In this document: piece by piece, positions 49,642-61,600 of the stretch | Position numbering within the stretch: the stretch's first letter is position 1 | Layout: every line of letters starts with the position of its first letter | Assembly: GCA_028534125.1 (NCBI GenBank) | Contig: CM052817.1 | Span: 94,924,001 to 94,988,000 of the forward strand | Length of the DNA stretch: 64,000 nucleotides | Source of the DNA: Lama glama | Taxonomy: Eukaryota | Reading direction: 5' to 3' | Translations under genes and position numbers: made by a program | The notes under the pieces: generated by a model | Seen by the model: the letters and a program-made list of their open reading frames with translations, nothing else | Told to the model about the DNA's origin: nothing | Database searches by the model: none

Positions 49642-51398
49642 AATGGACAAAGTATTTGAACAAACACTTCACCAAAGACATTTTGCAGATGGCAAATAAG
49701 CACCTTAAAAGCATCATTAGTCATTTGGAAAATGTAAATTAAAACTGCAATAATATACCACTGTACATCTACTATAAGGGCTAAAATTTAAACAACCAAT
49801 CATGCCAACTGTTGGTGAAGATGTGCGACAAGGAGAACTCTCATAAACTGCTGGAGGGAATCTAACATGGTACAATCACTTTGAAAACCATTTGGCAGTT
49901 TTCTTAAATAGTTAAACACACGTCTATCACACAATCAAGCTATTCTACTCCTATCTATTGACTCATATGCCCATACAAAAATTTGTGCAGGAATTTCCAC
50001 AGTAACTTTATTTTGATAACAAAAATGGGAAACAACCCCAAATGTCCATCTACAGGTGAATATATAACTGGTCTATCACTGCAAGGAAATAATCTTTAGC
50101 AATGAAAAGGAATGAACTTCTAACAAGACACTTCAACATGAACTTCCAAATAATTATGCTGAAAGAAAGAGGTTAGACAAAAAGAAAAAGAGAGTACATA
50201 CTCATACTATATTATTTCATTTATATAAATTTCTATAAAATTAAAACTAATTTAAAGTGACAGAAAGCTGATTGGTGGATGCCAGGTCGCAGGAGGTGGG
50301 GAGAGGCAACAGGGAGGAATTCGAATGGGGCACAGGGAAATTTTGGAATTCAAAAATAATGGACGGGTTCATTATTTTGATTGTGCAGTGGTTTCTTGGG
50401 TGGTATTCATACGCCAAAATATCAAATTGTCCACTTTAAATATGTCAATTTATTGTATATCAACAAAGCTAATTTTAAAGGTGCCAAGGTCATGAAAGAT
50501 GAGGAAAGACTGAAGACCTGTCACAGTTTGGAAGACAGACATGACAACCAATGCAATGTGGGCTCCTGGACTGGATTCTGAAACACAGCACAAAAAAGGA
50601 CATTAGTGGAAAAACTCATAAAGTTCACATAAGTCTAGATTTAATCAATCCTGCTGTACCAATGTTAATGTCTCAGTTTGGATAGTTGTACTATGATTAT
50701 TTAAGATGCTAACACTAAGGGAAGCTGAGTCAAAGTGTATGAGAACTCTATTTTTACAATACTTTTATAAGTCTAAAATTATTTCAAAATAAAAATATTT
50801 TTTTAAAAATCTATAGGTGGAATAATTCCCAACAGGACAAAGTTAAAGAGATACCGAATTAGAAAATTTGACTGAAGAGTTCTAGCACACAGCATTAATT
50901 AATTAGTTAATTAATTAATTTAAAAATAGTTTTTTAATGAAAAAAGTTTGACAAGAATAGATACAAAAGTACCAACATTTGTTTACTAGTACTTTGAAAA
51001 GGAAACACTAGAGAGATTATAAGGCAGACAATAACTAAAATAATAATGGCAATTTTTTTTCTCAGAACTTAAGAACATCATGAGTCCTCAAATAGAAAAA
51101 AACTAACAGATTGCCAAGCAGAAACAAGCATTTTAAAATCTATACTTTGAGTACTGGCATTGAAATTCCAGAATATCAAGGATAAATAGAAAATCCTAAA
51201 AGCTACCATAAAGACAGATCATCTAAAATGGAAGGAGAGTCGGACTTATAGCCAACGTCTCAAAAGTAACACAGGTGACTATTTTTAAAGGCATGATATC
51301 TTTAAATATCTAAAGGGAAATAACTTTGAACATAAAATTCTCTGTCCAGACAAACTATCATTCAATAGTAAAGAAATATATAAAAATATGATCATATA

Positions 51399-51440
51399 TA
51401 GATAGATAGATAGATCGATCGATAGATCGATCGACAGATC
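51399..51440. repeat. (GATA)n/(GATC)n microsatellite
   Basis: tagatagatagatagatcgatcgatagatcgatcgacagatc. Confidence 0.9.
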
Positions 51441-54400
51441 CTAAAGTATACCAGCTGTAATGTTTCACAACCCCAAGTGCATGTAAATGGTTTTCTCTAG
51501 AGTCACTCAGTTCTCAGTCTGTGCAGTGTGTGTGGTAACCCTGATTCAGGATCCTTGTTGAAAGAACCCTAAATTCAAGGGTAATCTTTAGAAGAACAGG
51601 ACATTTTCCAAAACCAATATAATACAATTATGGAACAAAGAAAACTTAATTGCTTCAAAAGAAGGGAAGAAAAAATAATTTTTAAACGTGGTTAATAGAA
51701 ACAAAAATACCATGGAAGGGCTCTGACAATTACCCTCCCACTGAAAATAACAACAACAAAAAAACTGTACAAAATATATGGAACAATGCTTTTCAGACAT
51801 TGCACAACAAGCAACAGTGGCCTGTGATCCTTTGGAAGAGGAAAGCAAACAAGATAAGCGCTATGATTTTCTTGGCTTTCTGCCAGGTGGCAGTTTCTAG
51901 GTAACTCAAGAAGGGAATTATACACACTCTGGTACCTTCAATAGTTAAGAGATTAGAGTTCAGGGAGGTCAAGGTGACTGGAATTACTGGAGCAGAGTAC
52001 CAGAGATGAGTAAACTGTAAAGAGACAGTTCTAAAGGTCTGCAAAGGAGCCCTCTGGAGTGTTTGGCAGGATACTGACCTCCACATCCAAGGAGTAAAAT
52101 ACCATGAGACTGGAAGTAGAAAAGCAAATAGACTGGAGCTAGGAATAATTCAACAGCCAGAGCAGAGACACTTCATAATTAAAGAGCATTCAGTAGACAC
52201 CTCAGAAAGATCTGACTTAATACTGGGGTTAAACTTGCACTAAAGACTGTTCTAAAAACCACCCCAGCAAAATGAAACCAATTCAAAAGAACAAACAGAA
52301 CTGCATAACTAATTGTTTGTCAAAACAACAGGTCTTAAAGGAAGATGACAGAATCAGGAGATCAACAATGTAAAATTTAGTGTGTGGAATCCAGTAAGAA
52401 AATGATCAGGCATGCAGAGAGGCATGAAAATGTCACTATGTATCCAGGAGAAAAAGCCATAGATGAAAATAGAATAAGAACTGATGACTATGACACAGTT
52501 ATCAGGCACTGACTTTAAAACACCAGCTATTAGTATTACAAACAAACTCAAAGATTTAAGGGAAAAAATGAACTTAATGAGAAGAGTGAAAGATATAAAA
52601 ATGACCCAAATGGAACTGTTAGAGATTAAAAACACACACACACACACACAAAATGAGGTTAACAAAAGAAAAAAATTAGCTAGCAAAGCAAGAGAAACCA
52701 CCCAAAATAATGCATAAAGAGAAAAAAAAATTTAAACCAATAGACGCTTAGTAACTGGTAGGACAGAATCGAGCAGACTAACATACAAATAACTATAATT
52801 TTAGTAGGAGAGGATGTAAAGGCATGGAAAGGCAGAGAAAATATTTGAAGAACTATTGGATGAATATTTTCCAACTTCGATGAAAATTATAAACACAAAC
52901 ATCCAAGAAGCTCAACAAACATCAAATAAAATAACATGAAGAAAACCACACCAAACCACATTACAATAGTATTCTTAAAAAAAAAAAAAAAGAGAAAATC
53001 TGAAATGAAGCCAGAAAAAAAGACTATACAAAGGCAGAAAGATAAAAATATTTAACAAACTTCCTGCCAGGACCTACAAAGCTAGGAAAGAGTGAAGTGG
53101 CATCTACAAAGTATGTAAGAAACAAAAATGTCAGTGTAAAATTCTATACCTAGCAAAAATATACTTCAAAAATGAAGGCAAAATAAAGACTTTTTAGACA
53201 AACAACAGCTTAGAAAATACATTACCAGCACACTTGCACTAGAAGAAAAGTTACTCTTCAAACAGGAAAAAAGTGATACCTAAAAAAATTTGTAACTGTA
53301 AACAATGGAGTAATTAGCATCAGAAATAGTGAATACGTAGGTAAACATGAAAGACATTTTGCTTGATTTTTTCATTTCTTTATCATTTATGGCTCCCATA
53401 TAGTAACAACGATATAAGAACTATAATGTCCTTTTTATAGATGCAGAAACTGAAGCACACAATAGTTAAGTAATTTTCCCAAGGTCATACAAGGTGGCAG
53501 AGATTATCTTTAAATCCAGACAGTTGGCACATTCGGCCTCTCCATTATATAATGAAATAGAACATCATATTTCGTATCACACATAAAAATCGCTTTTACA
53601 TGGTAAACCTAAATGCAAAACAATAACCTTCTTAAAATAAGAAAAACAGAATATAGTTATGACTTTGGAGTAGGCAACAATTTGTTAATAAGATACAAAA
53701 ATCCACAAAGAACAGTATTGATAAATTAGACTTCATTAAAACTGAGAATATATTTTCTTCAGAAGACATCCTCAAAAGTGTAAACAACAAGTCGAAGACT
53801 AGAAGAAGATATTTGCAATACATATGCACCCAACAACAGAGAAGTATACACCATACATTACCACAAACCACACAAAAACACTAATATATCAATGAGAAAA
53901 AAAAGCTCAGTGACAAAGTCGTAAAGACTTGAACAAGAATTTCACAAAAGCGGATATACAAATGGCCAATAAAAAGGATATTGAACTTCATTAGTCATCC
54001 TCAGAAAGATGCAAATCATAAAATAAAAAATAAAATAAAGGTACCACTATGCACCTACCAGATGGCTAAATAAAAAGTACATTACCAAATGTCAACAAGA
54101 GTGTAAAGCCACATTTCTCATGAAAGTTTAAATTGGTACAACCTCTTTGAAAAACTGTTGCTAAAGCTGAACATATGTTCACCCTATGACCCTGCAATAG
54201 GTTCACTCCTACATGTATGCAAAATAGAAATGCACAAATTGTTCAGGGGAAAAAAAAAGAACAGATACAAGGATACAAGAATGCTCATCACATAAGCAGC
54301 ATTCACAATAACCAGAAACTGGAAACACCCAAATGTCAATCAACCAGAGAATGGATAGAAAAGTTGTGGTGTATTCATTCAGAGGACTGGGAAAGAAAGA

Positions 54401-54513
54401 TTATTGCCCTATACACTATGAATTTCACAAATGCAATATTGAGTAAAAGAAGACCCAAAAGAATACATACTGTGTGACTCTATTTATGTAAGGTAAGAAA
54501 GTATAAAACTAAT

Positions 54514-54708
54514 GTCAGCCACTATATATAAAAATAGATTTTTTAAAAAACCAAGTTTCTTCTGTATAGCACAGGGAACTGCATTCAATATCTTGTAACA
54601 ACCTTTAATGAAAAAGAATATGAAAACAAATATATGTATGTGTATGCATCATTGGGACATTGTGCTGTACACCAGAAATTGACACATTGTAATTCAATTA
54701 AAAAAAAT
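54514..54708 (+). mobile_element. Lineage-type L1 3' end
   Basis: ttcttctgtatagcacagggaact...gggacattgtgctgtacaccagaaattgacac. Confidence 0.88.
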
Positions 54709-55430
54709 TAAAGTTAAAAAAGTGAAAAAAAGGAAGTTTAAGGGGACACAAGTGGGTTTCTGGGGTGCTGGTGATGTTCTATTTCTTGATCTCAATGGGT
54801 GTGTTCATTTTGCGAAAATTCATCAAGATACATATTCATGATTTGTACCATTTTTCTGTGATGCTATACTTCAATTAAAAGTTTACCTAAATAAAAAGGA
54901 AAAATCAGTCATTGGAAGTCTGATGAGAGCCTTAGAAATTAGCAAGATAATATACAAGTACACCGCGGAGAACAGACGAAGGCAGGGTGGGCATCCTCAA
55001 GGACATAACATTTAAACTGAGCTATAGGAGTCAGCCAGGGGAAAGTGTGTGGGTGACATGCAGGGGGCTGAAGTGAGGAGGCTCCTCCAAGGAAGGAAGA
55101 GTTTGAGCAAGAGTCTGGAAGCATGGGAGAGCATAGCTCCTTCCAATGTTTAGAGGGAAGATTGTCAGGAGTAAAGAGACCTAGAGCAGAAGCGGCAAGA
55201 AGTGAGGCTGGAGTCCACATCAGGCGAGGCCTTCCAGGCGATGGGAAGAATTTTGAATTTCATCTTAAAAGCCATGGAAATGCAGAGATGGACTTAGCAC
55301 GAGAATGACAGGACTTGTTTTTTATTACTAGAAGACAGCTACAGTGTGGAGAATTGCTAGAGAAGGAAGACGGGAGGTGGAGAGACTATTTAGGAGGCTG
55401 TTGCAGTAACTCACGTCAAGAGATGATAGT

Positions 55431-55560
55431 GAGGGGAGGGTACAGCACATGCCTAGCAGGCACAAGGTCCTGGGTTCAATCCCCAGTATCTCCATTAAGT
55501 AAATAAATAAATAAAGCTAGTTACCTCCCCCTCCATAAAATGAAAAAAAAATTTTTTTTA
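55431..55560 (+). mobile_element. Vic-1-type SINE lacking most of its A box
   Basis: ggggagggtacagc|acatgcctagc...ggtcctgggttcaatccccagta; long tail. Confidence 0.85.
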
Positions 55561-55578
55561 GATTTTTAAAAAGGGAGA

Positions 55579-55839
55579 GTGGTTGCCAGGGGGAGGAGGG
55601 TGGGAAGGGATAAACTGGGAGTTCGTGAGTTGCAGATACTGACTGGTATATATAAAATACATGAGCAAGTTTTTACTGTATAGCACAGGGAAATATATTC
55701 AATATCTTGTAGTAGCTCACAATGAAAAAGAATATGAAAATGAATATATGTATGTTCTTGTATGACTGAAGCATTGTGCTGTACACCAGACATTAATAAA
55801 ATATTGTAAACTGACTATACCTCAATAAAAAAAAAAACA
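55579..55839 (+). mobile_element. Lineage-type L1 3' end
   Basis: TSD aaaaagggaga (55568-55578 / 55840-55850). Confidence 0.92.
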
Positions 55840-56924
55840 AAAAAGGGAGACAGGTAACAGTGGGTTCTGTTAGCCTACATAGAAGGAATACAGAGAAAGC
55901 AATGTAGGATGTACGTTAACAATTGGATGTAAGATGTGAAAGAAAGACACAGGCAGAAAGTTTTCCCAGGGATCTTTCCAGACAGTTGGGTGGATAACAA
56001 TGCCAGTCATTAAATTTTTTTTTAAAAAAAGCCTAGATAATGATTAGATCAAGGTAGGAAGATATGTTCATTTTTGGATGTGTTGAGCTTGAGATTTCTG
56101 CAGGACATCCAAGAGGAGGTGGGATATATAGATCTGAAATCCAGGAGAGAGGCCTGAGCTGGAGATATGGGTCATTTAGCAAGCCTACTTTTTATTGATA
56201 AGAGAATGTGTGGCAGAATAATATTTTGCTATTTTAACATACATTTATTTTTCCTTTTACCCTGTAACCCTCTGCCATTCCAGGAATAAGACTTTATCAT
56301 AAGACATTCATTGCACGAAGAAAACAAAAAAGGCAAATTTCTAGGTTTCTAAGTGAAAGCTTTTAAGAACCAAAGTCCTAAAATTTACATCAGAAACAAC
56401 AGAGTTAGAAGAATGCATCATCAGTCAGAATTTGTTTTTCTGCCCCCGGAAAGAGAAAAGGTTTGAGAGATGAAGGACGTAGAAAGGAGCTGAAGTGACA
56501 GACTTTAGACTTAGGCTGTTTCTCTGGTAAGGAGCCTAATCCCTCACTCTCCACCTAGACCAGCGCTGGGCTGAGACTTGGGGAAGGAAGAGGAAATAAC
56601 AGAAACTTCAGACAGGCTGGAGGGTGAAATGCCAGAGGAAACTATGCTGCAGTTCTTGTGTGGAGCTCAGGGAGGTAACACGTCTTTCAGAGTTGCCTCA
56701 ACATAGCACAGAGTAACTAAGTAGACCTGCCTCATACAACTATGTATGAGAAAATCACAGAAGTTGTAGAGAGACAGGAGAGCTGGATTCCAGGGATCAT
56801 TTGGTCAATATGAGAAAAACATGACCATGATTTCAATAGATTGATGATGAAAGAGCAGATGGGAACAAGAATCCGTTAAAGAATCTTAGAAAAATGCCAC
56901 TCTCATGATCATAATTTACATAAT

Positions 56925-57340
56925 ATATCAGTTGGCTCTGCTGGAAAAATGCTGCATAACAAAGCATCCCAAAACTCAGTAGCTTAGAACAATAATCACG
57001 GATTTCACTTACGTGTTTGCAGGTTAGCTGGGAGTTTGCTGAGCCAGGCTGGTGTGACTAGGGGCAAATTCTGCTGTATATGTCTCTCGCCCTTTTCCTG
57101 GGACTAGCAGGCTAGTTCAAGCTTTTCCTTTTCAAGGTGACAGTGAGGACCCAACAGTAAGCAAACCTAACCCTGCCTAGATGTTTCAAGCCTTTGATCT
57201 CATCATGCTTGCTAATATCCCACTGACTGAAGCAAGTCCCAGAGTCAATGGCTGTGGATAACCTTGCCCACAGTGGGAGGGTCACACAAAGTTACATGAC
57301 AAGGGAAAAGTGAAGAATGAGGGCCACCAATTCTGTCTCT
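56925..57340 (-). mobile_element. Old MLT1 LTR
   Basis: gctgcataacaaagcatcccaaaactcagtagcttagaacaa...gctaatatcccactgactgaagcaagtc. Confidence 0.7.
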
Positions 57341-58664
57341 GTCACTTCCAATCTTAGAGGAAAGGGGAAGAAAACAATGATTTAATTTCAAAAAGATAAA
57401 ACACAGTGATAAAAATAACATCACATTGCTTACACATCTAGGATTTTGAATTGAGATTCATATCTATGACAGAAATATTACAGTAGGAAGAGACACAAAA
57501 TATAAAGGAAATCCATCATTTCATTCTGACATCAGAATCACATCACAAATGAGGTAAAATTTAATCTGTGCTGTAAAAGATGAGTAGAATTTAAACCACT
57601 AAGGTTAAGGAAAAGCACAAAATCATAAAAACTACACATTTTTTTGCAACGGCAGATATTTCTGTAGTTGCTTGAGTGCTAGAGGGGAGCAATTCTCTTC
57701 AGCAGACCAGACACTTGTAAACCAGAGGAATTTCACAGCAATTTTTGCTGTTATCTTTCTTGTTTTCTCGTTGCTCGGAAGGAAACGATGGGAGGAACCC
57801 TGCCTACATGAAGTGCTTACTGTAGGTCAGGGGCTCTGCAAAAGGAAGGGTACGTGTGTCGGGGTAGGGGTCTGGAATAGATCATTTATTCCAAAGTAGA
57901 AAGCAGACAGAGAGAAGACATGGTGGGAGCAGAGAGAAACCAGTAAAGTGGGGAAAAGATAAGAGAAAAATCACAGGGGAACCCATTTAACCGTAATTTT
58001 TTGTGATTTTTCTGATGAAGATGTGGTGTTAATGAGAGAGCCATGCACCTTACATCTCAGCTATAAGCCAGATGAAAACAGACATCCCACTTAAGTGGTG
58101 TTTTAGTGGCACAAAGGCTGAAAGGGGGAAAAAATTTGCATAGTAATGACTCTACCATTGCTTTAAAGCTTCATGGTATTTTCAGGGCCCCTGACAACCA
58201 CCAAACCAGGAATTCAAACCACACCCTGGGAAGGCGGGGCTTCCTTTTGTTAAAAAGAAAAACTGAGGATCTCTGAGGTCAATCACCCAGGCAGTGAAAA
58301 TCAAAAGTCCTGACTCCTCTCTAACCACCGGCATATTTGCCGTGTGGAGCCACACCCCACTGCGACACTGCGAAAGTACCATGATGAAGACGTGTGTCTT
58401 TCTCTGGGTACTATTTCTACAGAAGGCTTCTGATGTCTCTTCCCTGACATTGCACAAAATAGAGAAGAAGGAGAGGAAAAGTATGCCTGAGAAAAAGCCA
58501 AATGTGAGGAAGAATTTGATTTTTGGCACCCCATTGAAAGTGTTCTGCTTACATTCTCAAACCAAGTAAGGTTTATTGTTGAACCAACAGCATAAAGAGA
58601 ACACAGCTTCAGCGTCTATGCAAGACTAGGCCATAAGCAAAAGCACTGATGTGATGGACAAATA

Positions 58665-58912
58665 ATAACAGCTAATGACTATTAAACGCCTACTATGCGC
58701 CAAGCACAGTACTAAGAATTTTATATGTAAAACTCGTAAGGTCCTGACAATAACTTTATAAAGCTGTAATTCTATTATCCCCATTTTATAGATGGGAAAG
58801 CTAAGGAACAAAGAGGTTATATAACTTCCCCAAGGTCAACAAGATTAGAAAGTGGCAAAGCCAAGAGTCAGTCTCAGCAATCTGATTCCAGGGCCCATAA
58901 GCTTAAGCACTA
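58665..58912 (-). mobile_element. MIR
   Basis: cctactatgcgccaagcac...ccccattttatagatgggaaagctaagg...cccaaggtca. Confidence 0.8.
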
Positions 58913-58929
58913 TGTATATTGACTCAGAG

Positions 58930-59830
58930 AAAAAATTAGAAATAACACCAGTCTTACATTATGGTTTTCCAGAGAATAGAGAAACAATATTTTTAAACTC
59001 ATTTTATGAGACCAGAATAACCTTGACTCAAAATTTGACAAAGATATAGCAAAAAAGAAAAGTACATGCAAATGTCTCTTAAAAGCAAAATATAGTATAC
59101 AAACTATTAGCAAATTGACTTCAGAGAATTCTTATAAATAGATAAGGAAAAGACAATCTGGTAGAAAAATAGGACTTCACAAAAGATATCCAAATGGTAA
59201 ATAAACATTTTTTTAAGTGTTCAAGGGCATCAGTCATCAGGGAAAGGCAACTTAAAGCCATAGCATGCCCACCAGAATTACTAAAATTAGTAAGACTGAC
59301 AATATCAGGAGTTGGTGAGGATGTAAAATAAGAACTCTCATGCACCACTGATGGGGACACAATTGGTAAGATCGCTTTGACGAAGAGTCTAGGCGTATTT
59401 GCCAAAAGTGAACTCTGCGGTCCTGAAATTCCACTCTTAGGTTTATACTCAACAGAAATTCATAGATGAACACCAAAAAGACACAAATAAAAATGTTTAT
59501 AATACCCTTATTTATCAGAATCAAAAACTGGAAACAACCTAAATATTAACGGTGGAATGGATAAATAAACTGTGTTATATTTAGGCCATGGAGTGCTAGA
59601 CAGCAGTGAAAATAAACTACTGCTGTTCACAATGGCTTGAATGAATCTCACAAAGTATACTGAGTGGAAGTGCACATATGATTCCACTCATATGTTGTTT
59701 TAAAAGAGGCAAAACAAATCTATGGTGATAGAAGTCCAAACGGTGTTTATCTCTGCCAAGAGGCTGTAGTGACTGGTGAGAGCAGAAGGAGGGCGCCAGG
59801 AATGCTTGCTTTCTTGTTCTGGTCATTAGG
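58930..59830 (+). mobile_element. Old L1ME-like fragment
   Basis: actcattttatgagaccagaataacc...cttcacaaaagatatccaaatgg...gaatctcacaaa...gattccact. Confidence 0.75.
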
Positions 59831-60579
59831 GACAGAAGAGTGCTCATCTGATGTTTCAAGTACAGTTCAAGAAGTAGCATCCTGGTGAGAGAGACGGGAT
59901 AATCCAAATTCACGTTACACGTTGAGTGGAAGTGGTTCAACCAGATGAGACATTATGCAGATTCAACTTCAAAATCAACTAAACGTTCACTTGCTTCATT
60001 TACTGAGTCTCAAAATATGCCTGGAACAAAGCTGAGTCCAGAGAGTAAAAAGGTGGAAAGAGAGATTTCCTATCAGCAAATTGCTCACAATCTAACTGAA
60101 AGGGAAGTATAAAAATAATCTATTTCCAAAAAAAAAAAATATGCTATCATGGAATTGTACAAATCGTTTTGAGGACTTAGACAAGTCAGCAAAATTTCCA
60201 GAGGTAGCAACACTGAAATCTTATAAGGATTTTGCAGGTGAAAGAGCTGGATGGGGTGGGGAGGTGGTCAGGGAGAGGCGTTTGGCTTAGAATTGACAGC
60301 ATTTGCCAAAGAGAACACAGAGAGGCAAATACAGTTCAAATACTGTGACTCACAGGAACATTAGGTAGTTAGGTATTGCAAGAGCATAAAATGTAAGAGA
60401 GAGAACAGTGGGAGGTGAGGCTGGGCAGGTAAGTCTTATTCCATCTTGGATTTTTATCCTGTGGGACATGGGAGCTATTGAAGAATTTATCTTTAATCCA
60501 ATGTGAAGGATAGATGGGAGGAAGGTATGAGCAGAGACTGGAAGGTTAGGTAGGAGGTTTGGCAGAAATTCAGATATAT

Positions 60580-61600
60580 GTGTCAGGTTTTACCACAGGA
60601 ATAAACAATCTCTAATCTTAGTGGCTTAAAACAACAAATATTCAATTCCTCCAAAACTTTGGTGTCTTACAACAACAAACATTTATTGTTTTTCTCATGG
60701 GTCTGTGGGTTGGTTTTAACTCAGCTGGGCTGAGCCAGGCTGCGCTGGGCTTGGCTCCAGACTCTGGGTGGATTCTTGTGTGCTCCATGGGTCTTTCATT
60801 TCGGGACCCAGGACGAAGGAGCAGTGGCATCTCTGTGCCGTGCTCTTCTGTTGGTGGATGGCAGGAGGGCAGCGGAGGTTGGCAGAACATGCAATGTCTC
60901 CTGAAGCCTCTGCTCAGAGCTAGCACACCATCCCTTCTGCCCACATCACACTAGCCAAAGTCACATGGCTGCTAACTGAAAACTGGCACTTGCCATCTGC
61001 CTCTACAAGAATTGGATCACGTTGGTACTTGCCATGTAACTCTGCTTGGATTAAATCATGAGCTGCTGCAGCCACCGACCTCCAACACACTCTGAAAGGA
61101 GTTCAGGACAGAGGTCAGGAATGAGGTGCTCTGTGCTCTGGGAAAACAAGCTGAACAGGCCTTCAGAGAGTTAGATATGCTCACGAGAAGATTTTATGAC
61201 CCCAGTTCTTGCACCTCCTCATATCTAGAAAAGCATTAAATCATTAAGGGTGACATCTGCTCCTCGTGACCAGCAGCAAACCTCTGCCCAAACATGCGCT
61301 TGACCCAAGCACACACCCCCCTTCACTGAAATCATATATAATACTGACCTCTCCCCCTGCCTCTTTGGAGCGGTTTCTCAGAGCTCTCTGGGATGCTGTC
61401 TCCTGGGCTATAGTCCTCATTTTGCCCCAAATAAAACTTCACCCACGACTCTCATATGGTGTGATTTTACTTCAGCCAACATGGCCAAAGTTACACAGCC
61501 AAGCTCAGTGTCCGTGGGGCACAGTGGGATTCTCTACCCACGGAGCGAGGAAGGGGAGAGTAAATATTTGCTGAACATATGAACTCAATCTACCATATCA
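60580..61600 (-). mobile_element. Old MLT1 LTR interrupted by an ERV1 LTR
   Basis: cttagtggcttaaaacaacaaa...gccaaagtcacatggc | caaag...gtaaatatttgctgaaca. Confidence 0.7.
60970..61481 (+). mobile_element. Solo ERV1-class LTR (512 bp)
   Basis: TG...CA ends with imperfect inverted termini tgctaactgaa / ttcagccaaca; 4 bp TSD TGGC (60966-60969 / 61482-61485); TATATAA 61335 and AATAAA 61430. Confidence 0.85.

Larger units (their letters stand above)
46095..54900 (+). mobile_element. Cluster of old L1M fragments (several elements: ORF2, ORF1, 5' region, 3' ends)
   Basis: Continuous A-rich L1-like sequence with ORF2 relics (47602-47835, 48894-49154, 54217-54477) and ORF1-like relics (52484-53300); no intact ORF. 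Confidence 0.85.
54905..56170 (-). mobile_element. L2 fragments (host of a SINE and an L1)
   Basis: gagactatttaggaggctgttgcagtaa...ttttggatgtgttgagcttgagat...ggagagaggcctgagctggagatat. Confidence 0.7.
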
